Origin: Coleofasciculus sp. B1-GNL1-01
Lineage (GTDB): Bacteria; Cyanobacteriota; Cyanobacteriia; Cyanobacteriales; Coleofasciculaceae
NCBI GenBank assembly: GCA_040220235.1
Contig: JAVJTO010000027.1
Reading direction: 5' to 3' (one strand)
Length of the DNA: 39,479 nucleotides
Position 1 is the first letter of the stretch. Every line of letters begins with the position of its first letter. Of the stretch, positions 28,266 to 38,133 are shown piece after piece. Both the position numbers and the translations under genes were made by a program. The notes under the pieces were generated by a model. The model had not been told where the DNA came from. It did not search any database and worked only from the letters and a program-made list of their open reading frames with translations.

Positions 28266-29783
28266 ATGTATATCGGCTTTCTCAACCCCCAAGGCAACTT
28301 TGACCCAGAGGATAGGTATATTACAGAACATCCCGACTTTGGCGGTCAACTGGTTTACGTCAAACAAGTCGCCCTGGCGATCGCGGCGCAGGGACACCGG
28401 GTTGATATTCTCACCCGTCAAATCATTGATCCAGAGTGGGAGGGGTTTGCTGAACCCTTTGATGGGTATCCCGGTGTAGAAAATCTCCGGATTGTCCGCT
28501 TACCCGCCGGACCCCAGGAATTTTTACGCAAAGAGTTACTCTGGACGCATCTGGTGCAAGATTGGGTACCCAATATTCGGAAATTTTATCAAGACCAAGG
28601 GGATTTTCCCGATATCATGACCGCCCACTACGCCGATGGGGGACTAGCGGGTTTATTACTTGAAGCACAAACAGGCGTACCGTTTACGTTTACCGCCCAT
28701 TCCCTAGGCGCTCAAAAGATGGACAAATTAAAGGTGACGCCAGAAAATTTGGCACAAATGAACGACTATTACTTCTTTGGACGTCGCCTAGTTGTCGAAC
28801 GCCTGAACATGAATCACTCGGCGATTAATATTACGAATACTCGCCAAGAACGCTTCAACCAATATAGTCATCCGGCGTATCGAGGTGCTGTCGATGTCGA
28901 TAATGATGCTCGCTTTGCGGTGATTTCACCGGGAGTAGACCCAGCTATGTTTAGTGCGGAGGTTCGCTCAGCAAACGAAGAGGCAACCTATCAGTTAGTT
29001 AAAGAGAAATTAGCGCGGGATCTTGCTGAGTCGCGGCGCGATTTACCTGTAATTTTAGCATCGAGTCGATTAGATCCGAAAAAGAACCTATTGGGACTTG
29101 TGCAAGCCTTTGCCTATAGTTCCACCTTGCAAGAACGAGCGAATGTGCTATTAATTACGGCGGGCTTAGATAATCCCCTAAAAGAGAAGGTGAAGGATGA
29201 ACAAACCGAACAAAAAGTATTAGCACCAATCCGGGAAGTGGTGAATGACCATAACTTATGGGGCAAAATTAGCGCCTTTTGCGTCCCGGATCAACCCGCC
29301 CTAGCCGCAACCTATCGCTTTTTAGCCCAACGCCGCTCCGTATTTGCTCTACCCTCTCTGTTTGAACCCTTTGGTTTAGCCCCTTTAGAAGCCGCCGCCG
29401 CCGGATTACCCGTTGTCGTTACCCAGAATGGCGGAATTACAGAAAGCTTACAGACAGATAATCAAGATTATGGGGTTTTGATTGACCCCGATGATCCGGC
29501 GGATATGGCGCGGGGATTAGAGCAGTTAATCTGTAATCAACAGGAATGGCAGAGTTTTTCTCAACGTACTCAGCAACTGGTGATCAATCACTATACCTGG
29601 GAGAGTACGGCTCAAGGGTATTTAAACGTAATTGAGCAGATTTTATCGTCACCCAAAACTAATCGTCGAGTAGCGCGACTCCCGATTCATCCGTTCTTAC
29701 GTAATCCTCAACCGGAAAACGATGTTTCTTTGGCTCAATTGAGTCAACTTTACTTTGGCAAATCAGTAGATGGGAACAATTAA
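28266..29783 (+). CDS. sps: Sucrose-phosphate synthase-like GT4 glycosyltransferase (single glycosyltransferase domain)
   Basis: FLNPQGNFDP....TEHPDFGGQLVYVK N-terminus (recalled as matching Halothermothrix orenii SPS), HY.DGG, AHSLGAQK, SSRLDPKKN, EPFGLAPLEA. Confidence 0.82.
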   Translation: MYIGFLNPQGNFDPEDRYITEHPDFGGQLVYVKQVALAIAAQGHRVDILTRQIIDPEWEGFAEPFDGYPGVENLRIVRLPAGPQEFLRKELLWTHLVQDWVPNIRKFYQDQGDFPDIMTAHYADGGLAGLLLEAQTGVPFTFTAHSLGAQKMDKLKVTPENLAQMNDYYFFGRRLVVERLNMNHSAINITNTRQERFNQYSHPAYRGAVDVDNDARFAVISPGVDPAMFSAEVRSANEEATYQLVKEKLARDLAESRRDLPVILASSRLDPKKNLLGLVQAFAYSSTLQERANVLLITAGLDNPLKEKVKDEQTEQKVLAPIREVVNDHNLWGKISAFCVPDQPALAATYRFLAQRRSVFALPSLFEPFGLAPLEAAAAGLPVVVTQNGGITESLQTDNQDYGVLIDPDDPADMARGLEQLICNQQEWQSFSQRTQQLVINHYTWESTAQGYLNVIEQILSSPKTNRRVARLPIHPFLRNPQPENDVSLAQLSQLYFGKSVDGNN

Positions 29784-29801
29784 AGTCGGGTGGTGGGGAT
29801 C

Positions 29802-29855
29802 GTCATTTGTCATTTGTCATTTGTCATTTGTCATTTGTCATTTGTCCTTTGTCAT
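29802..29855. repeat. 7-bp STRR-type repeat (GTCATTT)x~7
   Basis: Directly visible. Confidence 0.92.
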
Positions 29856-29871
29856 CGTGCTTTGCGAAAGA

Positions 29872-29899
29872 CTCCGGGTGAGCGCGAAGCAACCCGGAG
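29872..29899. terminator. GC hairpin between convergent sps and ABC1 genes (terminator or small dispersed repeat)
   Basis: CTCCGGGT (29872-29879) / ACCCGGAG (29892-29899); no U tract. Confidence 0.35.
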
Positions 29900-29938
29900 A
29901 GGGATTTGTCAGGTCGTATTACCTACCCTTCTACCCTT

Positions 29939-31669
29939 CTACCCTTCTACCCGCATCATCGCTGTCAGGGGTAAAATTGCCGCAATTTGCTCCGTTGACA
30001 TAGTACCCAAAGAATTTAACGCCACATTAAATAATCGTCCTGGTTTCAAGTCATCTTTGACCAAATTCCACAGGCGTTGTACTTCTTCAGTGTGCAATCG
30101 ATCATCTTCCGTCAACGCCAACAATACCTGACGCCGCAAAAACTGTCCTTCTTCAGATAACAGATATTGTAATCCTAGTTGGGCTGTGGGTAGCAAATCA
30201 AAGTTATCATCAGACCGCGCGATCGCAATCATATTCTCTAAGCGTTGCCATTGGAATCTGCCATCCTTAAACAACACCTCAATTAACCGCCGTCGCATAG
30301 CTGGCGATTCACCCTTGAGTAAACGTTTGGCGACGTAAGGATAAGAGACTTCAACGATTTTGAACTCTGGATTCAGGGTTAACGCTAACCCTTCCTGAGT
30401 CACCAACGACCGAATAATCAGGGCAAACTTTGCCGGAACACGGAACGGATACTCAAACATTAACTCGGAAAAACTATCCGTAATCGTTTTAAAATTAAAG
30501 TCCCGGACACTTTGACCCACGGCTTCTCCCAGCACTCGTTCTAAGGCAGGAATAATTGGCGTGATGTCTGTATCTGGCGTTAAAAAGCCGAGGAGGACAA
30601 ACTTTTTCGCTAACTCCGGATAATCCTTATTGATTAAATCAATAACCGCACTGACAATCGTTTCTTTCGTTTCTTCCTCCAACTGATCCATCATGCCAAA
30701 GTCAATGTAAGCCATGCGACCATCGGGCATAGCAAACAAGTTACCAGGATGGGGATCAGCGTGGAAAAAGCCGTGTTCTAAGAGTTGACGCAAACCCGCT
30801 ATGACGCCTGTTTGAATCACTTGGTCAGCATCAAGTCCCGCTGTACAAAGGCTTTTCGTATCGGTTAACTTACATCCATTAATCCACTCTAAGGTTAAGA
30901 CTCGGTGGTTACTGTGCATCCAATAAATGGTTGGTACTTTAACACTGGGATCATCACGAAAGTTACTAGCAAAGAGTTCCGCATGACGACCTTCATTGAC
31001 ATAATCGATTTCTTCAAACAACTTAATGCCAAATTCATCGACAATTAACGTCAGATCATGACCCAGATTCAGGGGAAGCCATCGGGATAACCAACCGGCT
31101 GACTTCCGCATTAAATAGAGATCCAGAGTGAGAGACTTGAGTAGGTTAGGACGCTGAACTTTAACGGCTACCTCTTCCCCAGTATGCAGATAAGCATGAT
31201 AGACTTGACCGAGACTCGCCGCCGCGATTGGATCAGGGGAAATTTGGCGATAGACTTCGCTCACCGGACGATCTAACTCTGACTCGATAATCGCGAAGGC
31301 GGTTTTATTGTCAAAGGGTGGGAGTTGGTCTTGTAGCTTAATCAATTCCTCTAGGAAATCTTTGCGAACTAAGTCCGGGCGCGTGGATAAAGCTTGTCCC
31401 ACTTTAATGAATGTTGGACCGAGGCGGGTTAGGATATGTCGCAGTTGAGCAGCCCGTTTAAACCGATTCCGCTCAACTTGGTTGCGCCACTCGTCCCACT
31501 TGAGACCTAGAATAAACTGTACAAAATTCCAGATAATCCTTAACGCCCGCCAGAGAACCACCCAAGGGCGGTAGCGGTATTTGGCTGCGATCGCGTCGGG
31601 ATCATAGCTCCGTCGGGGTTTAATCTGCTCGGCTTCAAGATAATCAACTTCAATGTAATGCTGACTCAC
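29939..31669 (-). CDS. ABC1/UbiB/AarF family atypical kinase
   Basis: LGPTFIKVGQ, PIAAASLGQVY, VAVKVQRP, FFHADPHPGN, IDFGM. Confidence 0.96.
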   Translation of the reverse strand: MSQHYIEVDYLEAEQIKPRRSYDPDAIAAKYRYRPWVVLWRALRIIWNFVQFILGLKWDEWRNQVERNRFKRAAQLRHILTRLGPTFIKVGQALSTRPDLVRKDFLEELIKLQDQLPPFDNKTAFAIIESELDRPVSEVYRQISPDPIAAASLGQVYHAYLHTGEEVAVKVQRPNLLKSLTLDLYLMRKSAGWLSRWLPLNLGHDLTLIVDEFGIKLFEEIDYVNEGRHAELFASNFRDDPSVKVPTIYWMHSNHRVLTLEWINGCKLTDTKSLCTAGLDADQVIQTGVIAGLRQLLEHGFFHADPHPGNLFAMPDGRMAYIDFGMMDQLEEETKETIVSAVIDLINKDYPELAKKFVLLGFLTPDTDITPIIPALERVLGEAVGQSVRDFNFKTITDSFSELMFEYPFRVPAKFALIIRSLVTQEGLALTLNPEFKIVEVSYPYVAKRLLKGESPAMRRRLIEVLFKDGRFQWQRLENMIAIARSDDNFDLLPTAQLGLQYLLSEEGQFLRRQVLLALTEDDRLHTEEVQRLWNLVKDDLKPGRLFNVALNSLGTMSTEQIAAILPLTAMMRVEG

Positions 31670-31888
31670 AGCGATTTATAGCCTCTCACGTAACAAACTA
31701 GAAAAGTTTATTTATTTTTTTATCGTTTTGTTAAGTATATTCTAAGTGATCCTACTTAGTCCAGACCACAACAGCGCTGAGGGGGAGTGGGGAGAGTCGA
31801 GAAGCTGAGGGGAAGCAATTGGGCTGAAACCCCTGCCCGATAAAGCTTTCAGTTACTATAGAAACGAGTGCAATAGGCAGAAGACACT

Positions 31889-32068
31889 ATGCTAGTACAA
31901 AAGAAGCCACAGACCTATACTCTAGAAGACTATTTCGCCTTAGAGGAACAATCGGAAACCAAACATGAGTACCACAACGGAGAAATTGTACCCCTGACTG
32001 GCGGCACGACAAATCATAATCGTATTATTATCAATAAAAGTTTACTGGTACTACAAACTACAGGCTAG
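31889..32068 (+). pseudogene. Uma2-family endonuclease N-terminal fragment (59 aa, absent from the ORF track)
   Basis: MLVQKKPQTYTLEDYFALEEQSETKHEYHNGEIVPLTGGTTNHNRIIIN, then unrelated sequence and a stop. Confidence 0.85.
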
Positions 32069-32116
32069 TTCACCCACTTTCACAACCACAAGTGACACAC
32101 ACAAGTTAAGTAAATA

Positions 32117-33457
32117 GGGCTTGCTGAATAAGTCGGAGAAAAATAACCGATGGACTAATTAGTTATTTAACTGTTAAGTAATTATAAGTCTTTTTTGCTG
32201 ATTTTTTCTTAATGATAACCTTTGATAATAATTGAGTCCGGAAAAAGGCGTTATCTTGTTTAAAACATAAAAAAAGACAAAGAACCTGCCGTAGCAGGGC
32301 AGACAGATTCATGACGAGGAAAGTAATAGCAATAGCTGTTTCTGAAGTATGAGGTAGTTTAGCCATGACGCGACTTAAACTGTATCTACGTTTTGAGATA
32401 CCAAATTTTCCTTCAATATTATTGCGAATTCTCTCGTCTTCTTGGGCTTGTTTCTTTAATTCTTGACTGACATTGGCTTTCGGTCTTCCTAAGGGAGGCC
32501 CGCTAATTCTAATTCCTTTTTCTTTGCAGAAGGAACCCGTTGGCTCGACTGCGATAGATTTTATCTACATGAACAGATTCTGGATAGGTTCCTGTGTAGT
32601 TATAATAAGCTTCTATTTGAGTTTTTAAATCAGTAGATTCATTAAAATTATCCCAACTGATACGGTCTAAAAACACGTATCCATCTCTTACACTTGCCGA
32701 TACTTTAGCTCCAAATTCTACAGGAACTCCCGCTTTGCCTCTAACTATTGGACGGATATGGGGTTGACTTACATTTACTATTCTATGCTCAATCCTATGA
32801 ATTTTATTATTGTGCATCCATTCTTGCTGGTGGTAGATTTCGCTAACCACCAACAGATTCTTATATTCAGTACGACTCAACGCCTCAAGGCTACACCCTG
32901 CCTTGACTAGCGCGTCTATACTTCCCAAGTTTCTTTTTATGTATTGCAATTGTTTTTTTATGGCTTTTCTTATTTCTTTCCCTGTTTGTCTTTTTTTCTT
33001 GGCTACGTTTAAGTATTCCTTTCTGAAGCCGCTTCGCTGCTGTAATGCGTTTTTCCTATAAAGTATTGTAAGTAAGGATTTTCTTTTATTTGTTCGACTG
33101 TCTCTCTATCACTTATTCCTAATTTTTCCTTGATTATTAATGAACCCAACGCTACCCTAAATGGTAGCGCTGGCGCTCCCATGTCCGGAGAAAAGTTTTG
33201 GGCATATTCCTCTTCAAATTCCTCCCAGGGTATCAAAGAAGCCATGATTACCCAACGATTATCCTGTGATAACTTTCACGCCATAGGCAGTTCAAAATCT
33301 TCTGCTTCCCTGGGGGCATTCTCAACTTTTCGGTACATTGACCTGATAACGGTGCAAGGATTTTGAGCGATTTTACCAGATTTTCTTGCACTTGGTCAAC
33401 TGTCAATACGCTTCAAAGCATTGATGTTTAAGGGTTTCGGTCTTGTGCAGCAAGCTC
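32117..33457 (-). mobile_element. IS5-family insertion sequence remnant
   Basis: Imperfect IRs GGGCTTGCTGAATAAG / CTTGTGCAGCAAGCTC, each flanked by TA-N2-TA; AT-rich and no HIP1 seen. Confidence 0.85.
32163..33338 (-). pseudogene. IS5-family transposase pseudogene (nonsense codon, frameshifts, internal deletion)
   Basis: MYRK...NRWVIMASLIPWEEFE...ENPYLQYFIG; QLQYIKRNL...RPIVRGKAG.PVEFGAK...DKIYRSR; RNNIEGKFG.SKR.YSL.RVMAKL. Confidence 0.9.
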
Positions 33458-33477
33458 TACTTAATTTCCCCTGACAG

Positions 33478-35562
33478 CTAAAGCTTGCGAGCAATAACTT
33501 GTTTAGTCACTCGAATCAAATGATAAGCACCTTTGTTATCAATGACAGTATATTCACTAGGTTTTAGCCATTCTTTTTTAAGTCGATTAAATCGCTTAGA
33601 TTCAATTAAAACCAGAGTCGAAGGAGGATTAGGTTCAATTTTAGCGATGTCCTCAATGTAGGCAATAAACTTATGTTCTTCATCAAAATAATTCACCGAT
33701 CGCTTGGCATAAAACACCACACTAGGCTTTTCAAATCCCATCATCACTAACTCTTCTGACGGTTGGTTTACCTCAGCCGCGATCGCAGATAATTCTCGTA
33801 GGGGAAGCTGACGTTCCTGATCTAACAGAAAAGCAGCCGGGGAAACCACCAGAATAATAAACGCCACAAACGCCACCAAATTAATCGTTCCTAACCAACG
33901 CCACCCTCGACGCCTACATAAGGCGATCACCGCCGCTACCGCAGCCATTCCCCATAGGATACCTCCCCGTAGGGGTAATCCTGAAGCTTGCAACGTTTCC
34001 GATAAATTCAGCGCCGCCGGATCATAGCCAATGAAATTAGGACTATACCAAATTGCCCCAGCGATGACGCCAAGAAGAATCAGATTAAATCCAGCACTCA
34101 ACCGTAATCCCCATAAACGCCGAGGACGGGGATAAGTGAGTAAATCACTTGCCAATAATGCCACCAAAATTGCCGCCGCAGGCATTAACGGTAAGACATA
34201 ACTGGGAAGTTTGGTGACAGCAATCGTAAAGAAGCCAAACACCCCTGCAAACCAACACAGGGCAAATAAACCCAACTGACTCGCACGAGGGGACTCACGC
34301 CATTTTTTGACCTGCCAAAACCGCAATCGGGCAATTGCCAAAGGCAAATAACAGGACCAAGGGGCAAACCCGACTAACACCACCAGAAAATAAAAATACC
34401 ACGGCGCCCAATGATGATTCACCACCCCGACAAAGCGTTCAATATTGTGATAGCCAAAAAACTTTTCGATATAATCTTCGCCATTCGCCAAGGTAACTAA
34501 CACATACCAGGGAATTGCCAGAACCCCAATAATACCCAATCCCCGAAACAGGCGCATTTCCCGCACCACCTGCCAAAAGTTCCCCAGATATAACAAAAAT
34601 GCCCCAATAATTAATCCAGGCAGGACAAATCCCACGGGTCCTTTGGCAAGAATCGCTAAGGCAATTAAAATATAAAATGCCAAATACCAACCCGACGTAA
34701 ACCCTAAGAAGGGTTTTCCCTCTCTACGGTGTTGGCTATCTTGCGCCCCCGCTTCCTGTCTCCCGGTTTCCCCTTGCACATAGCCAATAAAAAAGCATAA
34801 AAGAGCCGTTCCCATACAGCCAGAGAGTAGCATATCCGACACCCCAGTTCGCGCCCAAACCAAAGTTATCGGATTCAATGCAATCAATGTCGCCCCAATT
34901 CCCGCCGATAACCAGCGCTGGCGTTCTAAATTAGGTAGTTTTGGACGGTTCTCGACTTCCGCCCTATCTTGATTAACCTTACTCACGGGATCGGGAAAAC
35001 CTCTCTCCAAACCTCTCTCCTGCAAGGAGAGAGGCTTTGAATCCTCCCCCCTCGCAGGGGGGAATGAGGGGGGTTGGGGGAACGAGGAGGCTTGAGACGT
35101 TAGGTTTGATGTCGATTTATCGAGAGGGTATGAAACAGCTTGATCAACCAGAGTACGGGGACGAGAAATCCCGAAATAGCGTAGCGTATAAAAGCCCAAA
35201 ACCGTCAGCGCGATCGCACTCATCGCTGAGGGAAGTCGTACCGCCCATTCATTCACGCCAATCATAAGATAGCCAATCGCCATTAACCAGTAGACTAAGG
35301 GCGGTTTATCAAACCGAGTCTCCTCGTTAAAATACGGCGTAATCCAGTCTCCTGTCACCGTCATCTGGCGGGCGGCTTCCGCGAATAACGGTTCAGTTTC
35401 ATCCACTAAACCCGTACTGCCTAAGTGCCATAAAAACGCCACCCAGCAGATCGCCGCTAATCCTAAAACCGAGTACATCCACAACCGAGTTGGATGCTTT
35501 TCCAAAACATTCGACCACTTTGTCACTGGTTGAGCGATCCTATCCTTAGATTCAACGTCCAC
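33478..35562 (-). CDS. ArnT/PMT-family (GT-C) membrane glycosyltransferase
   Basis: DETEPLFAEAARQM..TGDW.TP, RFDKPPL.YW, RLPSA, LAKGPVG, TKLPSYVLP motifs; many TM helices. Confidence 0.93.
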   Translation of the reverse strand: MDVESKDRIAQPVTKWSNVLEKHPTRLWMYSVLGLAAICWVAFLWHLGSTGLVDETEPLFAEAARQMTVTGDWITPYFNEETRFDKPPLVYWLMAIGYLMIGVNEWAVRLPSAMSAIALTVLGFYTLRYFGISRPRTLVDQAVSYPLDKSTSNLTSQASSFPQPPSFPPARGEDSKPLSLQERGLERGFPDPVSKVNQDRAEVENRPKLPNLERQRWLSAGIGATLIALNPITLVWARTGVSDMLLSGCMGTALLCFFIGYVQGETGRQEAGAQDSQHRREGKPFLGFTSGWYLAFYILIALAILAKGPVGFVLPGLIIGAFLLYLGNFWQVVREMRLFRGLGIIGVLAIPWYVLVTLANGEDYIEKFFGYHNIERFVGVVNHHWAPWYFYFLVVLVGFAPWSCYLPLAIARLRFWQVKKWRESPRASQLGLFALCWFAGVFGFFTIAVTKLPSYVLPLMPAAAILVALLASDLLTYPRPRRLWGLRLSAGFNLILLGVIAGAIWYSPNFIGYDPAALNLSETLQASGLPLRGGILWGMAAVAAVIALCRRRGWRWLGTINLVAFVAFIILVVSPAAFLLDQERQLPLRELSAIAAEVNQPSEELVMMGFEKPSVVFYAKRSVNYFDEEHKFIAYIEDIAKIEPNPPSTLVLIESKRFNRLKKEWLKPSEYTVIDNKGAYHLIRVTKQVIARKL
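34984..35083 (-). repeat. Palindromic repeat element inserted in frame in the ArnT-like gene
   Basis: Perfect hairpins CCTCTCTCCT-GCA-AGGAGAGAGG (35012-35034) and CCCCCCT-CGC-AGGGGGG (35046-35062). Confidence 0.75.
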
Positions 35563-35686
35563 TACTTGTCACGAAAAGGTAACATTAACTGTCAGCGTCT
35601 CCAACTTAATTTAGCTGGAAGCGCGATCGCAATGTCCCCCTTCCCTGACTCGGACAACCCTGTCAAGTTCCTGATTGTCATTCGTC

Positions 35687-35716
35687 ATACTCGCGCAAGC
35701 GAGAAGCAAGCTACGT
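35687..35716 (-). repeat. Small dispersed repeat inserted in a heptamer tract
   Basis: TACTCGCGCAAGCGAGAAGCAAGCTACGT; inverted near-copy of ACGTAGCTTGCTTCTCGCGAAGCGAGTA at 23906-23933. Confidence 0.7.
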
Positions 35717-35816
35717 CTTATGTCCTTTGTAAGGGTTTGAGGCTGGTTTACAAACTTAGATATACCGTAGGGTGGGTTTCGACTTCGCTCAACCCACCTG
35801 ACTTAAATCAATGACC

Positions 35817-36401
35817 CTAATACGGTTGTAAGACTAACTCCCATTCGCCTGTCTTTTGATTCCAAACGGGTATAGGCGTCTCCCCAATCACATAAGGTCC
35901 CCAATATAAACGAGAACCATCTTGGGCAAATGCCACAACAATATCGCCGTTTTCCAGAATCAGATCATCTTGGGGAAGTGAAAGAATCAGCCCTTGGCTT
36001 CCTCCTTCCATCGGGGCAAAATCCCAGTGGGCGGGTTTGGCGTAAGCCTTTGAATCCGTTTGACGTTCCAGCAGCGCCACCCGCACCGGATGTTCTGTAG
36101 AATTGCTGACTCGCAACCCTCCTTTTTGCGCCGCTAGTGCAACGGGATCAAGGGGGGGAGAGGGTGAAGCCTCTGGCGGCGGTAACGGTGAAGAGAGTGG
36201 TGATAGTGCTGGCGATAAGGGTTGAGCCGTTTCCACCTCAGGAACCTCTGGTGATTTGCTCACCGAGGGTAATGATGCTGTATCTGAGGATTGGGGTTCT
36301 ATCCAAACCTTGACCTCAAATAATCCCAGTCCCAGTCCAGCCATACCTAAAAGGAGTACGATGATAAATACTGGATAAAGCTTATGTTTTAGTCGTTTCA
36401 T
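35817..36401 (-). CDS. Hypothetical membrane-anchored protein with Pro/Ser-rich linker
   Basis: N-terminal TM helix, PxxSP linker, globular C-terminus LRVSN...AHWDFAP.EG...AFAQDGSR.YWGPYV; ATG at 36401 preferred. Confidence 0.78.
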   Translation of the reverse strand: MKRLKHKLYPVFIIVLLLGMAGLGLGLFEVKVWIEPQSSDTASLPSVSKSPEVPEVETAQPLSPALSPLSSPLPPPEASPSPPLDPVALAAQKGGLRVSNSTEHPVRVALLERQTDSKAYAKPAHWDFAPMEGGSQGLILSLPQDDLILENGDIVVAFAQDGSRLYWGPYVIGETPIPVWNQKTGEWELVLQPY

Positions 36402-36566
36402 TCGTTTTGAGGGGATTGACTCTGCACCACTGCGTCTATGGAGGGATGCTAACAAAACGAATTGCCAGCCCCTACTCTCATTGAAACAAGCTTGACCGAA
36501 ACCGTGTTATTTTGCACAAAAGGCTAAGTGGTTAAGGTCTCTCTGTGGTTGCTTTCTGGTTGATCG

Positions 36567-36923
36567 ATGCAAAATACTCGTCTTAATACTCTCGTTGATG
36601 TGATCGTGGCAAGGTTAGCCCAGTGGTTTACCAATCCCTGGCGACGCCTGTCCATAATTTTGCTGGGTTTGCTGTCAGGCATTTTCCTCGGTAGTGCTAT
36701 CTCAACCACAGCCGGACAGACGGCTGATTGGGATGTGATTGCGGCTGGGATTTTAATTATTTTCACGGAAGCGGTGAGCCGGATTGTTTATGGCAGAAAT
36801 CGCCAACGTTTGCCTTCTCTGACCAAAGCATCCCGATTTTCATGGTTTCTGGAAACAGTGAATGCGCTGAAAATTGGTTTGGTTTATAGCATGTTTTTGG
36901 AAGCGTTTAAACTGGGATCATAG
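36567..36923 (+). CDS. ycf20: DUF565 / Ycf20 family membrane protein
   Basis: MQNTRL, NPWRR.S, TTAGQ...WD, KIGL.Y.MFLEAFKLGS. Confidence 0.93.
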   Translation: MQNTRLNTLVDVIVARLAQWFTNPWRRLSIILLGLLSGIFLGSAISTTAGQTADWDVIAAGILIIFTEAVSRIVYGRNRQRLPSLTKASRFSWFLETVNALKIGLVYSMFLEAFKLGS

Positions 36924-37008
36924 TCATTTGTCTTATGTCTTATGTCTTATGTCTTATGTCTTATGTCTTATGTCTTATGTCTTATGTCCTTCGTCTTATG
37001 TCCTTCGT
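36923..37008. repeat. 7-bp STRR-type repeat (GTCTTAT)n, ~12 units including variants
   Basis: Directly visible. Confidence 0.93.
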
Positions 37009-37043
37009 TGGATTATCAGGTCAGATATAATTATTAATTCTGC

Positions 37044-37184
37044 GTAGGGGCGAGTTTGACTATTATCATTTCTGACCTCACCCAGATGTCACTAAACCCG
37101 CCCCGACTAAGTTTTATGTAGGGAAAGGTTTGACGATTATCGTTTCTTATCTCACCTAAATATCCTGAAAATGTCCCCACCTAC
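37044..37184 (+). repeat. Two tandem REPIN-like units (37044-37107; degenerate 37118-37184)
   Basis: GTAGGGGCGAGTTT...AAACCCGCCCCGAC; the interior of the second unit closely resembles 14756-14819. Confidence 0.75.
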
Positions 37185-37190
37185 TTAATC

Positions 37191-37820
37191 ATGGTTCAAA
37201 CCCTTCAAGCCGAAACCATAACCCTGCGGGAACTCATCACCCTCTATGGACTTCAACGAGTTGAAGATGAGCAATTTTTCCGAGAGTGGCAAGATAGCCT
37301 TCCTGAACTCACCAACCAAGAAAAACAACTATTGGATCAGATAAAAGCTGGCTATATTAACTTGCGTGATTATCCGCCCTTGTTAGAAAATACGGTTAAT
37401 ATTGCTGTTTTGTCGCCCTTACTCTTTGTGGGACAGTTTTATTTACCTCCTTTTCACATTAAACTCGAAAAATCAGTCCAAATTACGACAGAAGATGGTG
37501 GAACAGTTATTAAAGGAAGAATCGACCTTTTGCTGCTACATGAGCAATTTTGGGTAAGTGTGATTGAATCGAAACAGGTTGCTTATTCCGTAGAAGCCGG
37601 ACTCGACCAACTTCTTGCCTATATGTTAGCAACTCCTCACCCAGAAAAACCTGTTTTCGGGATGATCACCTCCGGTGGTAGCTTTATGTTTATTAAGCTG
37701 GTTAAAGGTGAACCCCCGCAGTACGCCACGTCTGATATTTTTGATATTCGCAATCGTGGCAATGAATTATATAATGTTTTGAGTATTTTGAAACGCTTAG
37801 GTCAAATGGCATTGACTTAA
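37191..37820 (+). CDS. Solo HsdR N-terminal-like (PD-(D/E)xK) nuclease
   Basis: KGRIDLL...VIESK...QLLAYM...FGMITSG; paralog of 17358-17990. Confidence 0.85.
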   Translation: MVQTLQAETITLRELITLYGLQRVEDEQFFREWQDSLPELTNQEKQLLDQIKAGYINLRDYPPLLENTVNIAVLSPLLFVGQFYLPPFHIKLEKSVQITTEDGGTVIKGRIDLLLLHEQFWVSVIESKQVAYSVEAGLDQLLAYMLATPHPEKPVFGMITSGGSFMFIKLVKGEPPQYATSDIFDIRNRGNELYNVLSILKRLGQMALT

Positions 37821-37848
37821 GGCTGGTGGGTAATGCCCACCCTACGAT

Positions 37849-37978
37849 ATAAGCTGTTCGGCATTTAAACCTTAATGCCAATAATGACGAAATCCTTGTA
37901 ATGCGTTTAGCGAAGCCATGCCGCAGGCTTTGCATCTTGCTCGCTACTAATACCCAATTTAAATGCATGACAGTTTAT
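37849..37978. mobile_element. ~130-bp MITE
   Basis: Imperfect IRs ATAAGCTGTTCGGCATTTAAA / TTTAAATGCATGACAGTTTAT (17/21 match); non-coding. Confidence 0.65.
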
Positions 37979-38027
37979 CTATAATGACTGATAATAAAAG
38001 TTGGATTTGTTGATACGTTATCGGTGA

Positions 38028-38123
38028 GGGAGGGCGGGTTTTGTTGATAGGCTATCGGTGACAAGCCAATTGAGTTCCTAAACCCGCCCCTACAATTGTA
38101 ATTGTGGCTAAACCCGTCCCTAC
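38028..38123 (-). repeat. REPIN-like unit plus an extra half-site
   Basis: GGGCGGGTTT...AAACCCGCCCCTAC (to 38093) and AAACCCGTCCCTAC (38110-38123). Confidence 0.7.
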
Positions 38124-38133
38124 CCTAAGACTT

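Noticed and set aside
29770..30131. ORFs with ICHLSFV repeats
   Set aside because: Translations of the (GTCATTT)n tract; also antisense to the ABC1 gene.
37044..37184. REPIN interiors (~35 nt) as CRISPR-like spacers
   Set aside because: Flanks are inverted rather than direct repeats, and the interiors are homologous to one another.
37702..37968. 88-aa minus-strand ORF
   Set aside because: Spans a MITE, a REP and the antisense end of the nuclease gene.
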